64,000 bases of DNA. Origin: Escherichia phage HMD-9. The translations under genes and the position numbers were made by a program. A model generated the notes under the pieces. It saw only the letters and a list, made by a program, of their open reading frames with translations, did no database searches and had not been told where the DNA came from. Positions 62,468-64,000 of the stretch are shown here, piece after piece. The stretch lies in the sequence record PV287714.1; one strand, 5' to 3'. How positions within the stretch are numbered: position 1 is the stretch's first letter; each line of letters opens with the position of its first letter.

Positions 62468-62662
62468 TTATTTGAATTGTGCAATTCTTTTCTCTAAACA
62501 ATCTGCGTAAGATTTCATTGAGATAAATTGTGAAAGCAACAGTTCTTGTTCAACTTCATTAATCGTTATAAACTTTGTGCTTTCTAAAAATTTGCTCAGT
62601 GCATTAATTTTGAGCATTAATTGATCGTATTCTTCTTTTACTCGTGCTTGATAACCTAACAT
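62468..62662 (-). CDS. hypothetical protein
   Basis: 64 aa ORF between rIIB and denB. Confidence 0.65.
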   Translation of the reverse strand: MLGYQARVKEEYDQLMLKINALSKFLESTKFITINEVEQELLLSQFISMKSYADCLEKRIAQFK

Positions 62663-62690
62663 AATTTTCCTTAGTTAAGGGCCGAAGCCC

Positions 62691-63629
62691 TTATTTGAAT
62701 TGTTCAGTAACGTCTTCAACTACTTCGTATTGGCAGGTACGCATTTTAGCATCGTTGTAATCAATCGGAATTGATACTACATCGCGAGGATGTACTTTAA
62801 CTTTTACAACTCGGCTGGTTGAACTGCCAAAGTGACGAATATAAGATTTAGAACACACATGCAGACCACGAGAACAAGTTTGTGTATCATCGTCATTCAC
62901 ACGAGTACGTGGCATTTTAACTACTTTGCCAGGACTGTTATCAAAAGTATTTGAATGACAGTCAAAGTAATTACTGCGAACTACTTTCCAAGCATAGAAG
63001 TAACCGTCTTCTGTAATTTCAATATCGTTTGCTACCAAGAAATCAAAGAGTCGAGATACCGCTTTTTGGCTCGGGTTTTCCAACAGATTTTCCAAGAACG
63101 GAAAATAAAATTCAAAGTTTTCACCTTTTTCCATCGAATCGAGAATACGATCAACTAAACCAGACCGCAATTCAATATTTTGATAGAACAAGCTTCCACC
63201 TTCAATTCGAACATCACCGGAAATATATTTTTCAACAGCGCGACGAACGTTAATTTTTTGCGCTGCTTCTTCCAATTTATCTGCAACAAGCAGATTAAGA
63301 ATTTCCTGGAAGTTTGAATGAGTATTAGGAGTTGCGTTATAAGTTACACCGTCAACAGTAATTGAAATGAATTTTTTAGATGCATTCCAAATAATGTCAG
63401 ATTTAGCAACTGGAGCAATAGCTGCATCACTCTTAACTGTAACTGTAATGTCACCGCTAATGGTAACTTTGGAGCGTTTAGCTTCTTCAGCATTTTTCAA
63501 AACACGACGGATTGTGTCAACCGATACATCTTTCCAATAAGCCAATTCCTGTTGGGTATAATTACCGCTTGAATACAGTTTAACAATTTCAGCTTGTTCG
63601 TTTTTGGTCAGGCATTTAATATTGTACAT
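62691..63629 (-). CDS. rIIB: RIIB protein
   Basis: 312 aa, T4 rIIB size and position. Confidence 0.9.
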   Translation of the reverse strand: MYNIKCLTKNEQAEIVKLYSSGNYTQQELAYWKDVSVDTIRRVLKNAEEAKRSKVTISGDITVTVKSDAAIAPVAKSDIIWNASKKFISITVDGVTYNATPNTHSNFQEILNLLVADKLEEAAQKINVRRAVEKYISGDVRIEGGSLFYQNIELRSGLVDRILDSMEKGENFEFYFPFLENLLENPSQKAVSRLFDFLVANDIEITEDGYFYAWKVVRSNYFDCHSNTFDNSPGKVVKMPRTRVNDDDTQTCSRGLHVCSKSYIRHFGSSTSRVVKVKVHPRDVVSIPIDYNDAKMRTCQYEVVEDVTEQFK

Positions 63630-63640
63630 AATTTTCCTTA

Positions 63641-64000
63641 TTAGGCCGCAAGGGCCTTCATAGTTTTAGCGATTTGGGAAACTTCATCATCACTTAAAGA
63701 ATTGCGATAACCGATGAAGTCGGAAACAATACGGAATTTCTTGGTAAACTCAGCAACCATTTTATCACTGTTTTTTGAAGCATTATTTGATAATACATCA
63801 AAAAGATTAGTTACCGTCCAGATGTCATGACCGATGGTATCTTTTCCACCGTTGAAATATACACCCTGTAATGAACTAACCATATTAGCGAGTCGTGTAT
63901 ATTCTTCAGAAACTTCATCTACACTGAAGTACTTCATCATAAAATCTAACTCAGGATACTTTATAATTTTATAAATATATAGTTTAGCTGAACTTGAATA
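63641..64000 (-). CDS. rIIA: RIIA protein, C-terminal fragment (5' end beyond window)
   Basis: Open frame to window edge, immediately upstream of rIIB. Confidence 0.8.
   Translation of the reverse strand, partial: YSSSAKLYIYKIIKYPELDFMMKYFSVDEVSEEYTRLANMVSSLQGVYFNGGKDTIGHDIWTVTNLFDVLSNNASKNSDKMVAEFTKKFRIVSDFIGYRNSLSDDEVSQIAKTMKALAA

Overview
This window reads as a contiguous, gene-dense ~64 kb segment of a T4-like (T-even) myovirus genome, co-linear with the T4 map from gene 22 to rIIA. All calls rest on reading the six-frame translations against remembered T4 protein families and gene order; no database search was run. Order on the + strand: 22 (3' end), 23, 24, then a long minus-strand block (rnlB, hoc, inh, uvsY, 25, 26, alt, 30, rIII, 31, cd, pseT, spanins, alc, rnlA, denA, nrdB, mobE, nrdA, td, frd, 32, 59, 33, dsbA, rnh), interrupted by plus-strand segD/uvsW and the 51-27-28-29-48-54 baseplate operon, then plus-strand tail-fibre genes 34-35-36-37-38 and holin t, then minus-strand asiA, arn, motA, 52, ac, stp, ndd, denB, rIIB and the 3' end of rIIA. 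I see no rRNA, tRNA, CRISPR array, integrase or att site. The phage is not T4 itself: gene 38 is the T2-type glycine-rich adhesin, gp37 carries a C-terminal extension, nrdB is uninterrupted, and the td intron (254 nt) lacks the I-TevI ORF. I did not find a clearly novel multi-gene system; the best candidates for lineage-specific content are an extra ORF between td and frd, the ORF-less td intron, the frameshift-split alt paralogue, the fibre-tip adhesin module, and arrays of tiny membrane-peptide genes missing from the ORF track. Many short-ORF starts in the track use non-ATG codons and were adjusted where an ATG with a Shine-Dalgarno was visible.
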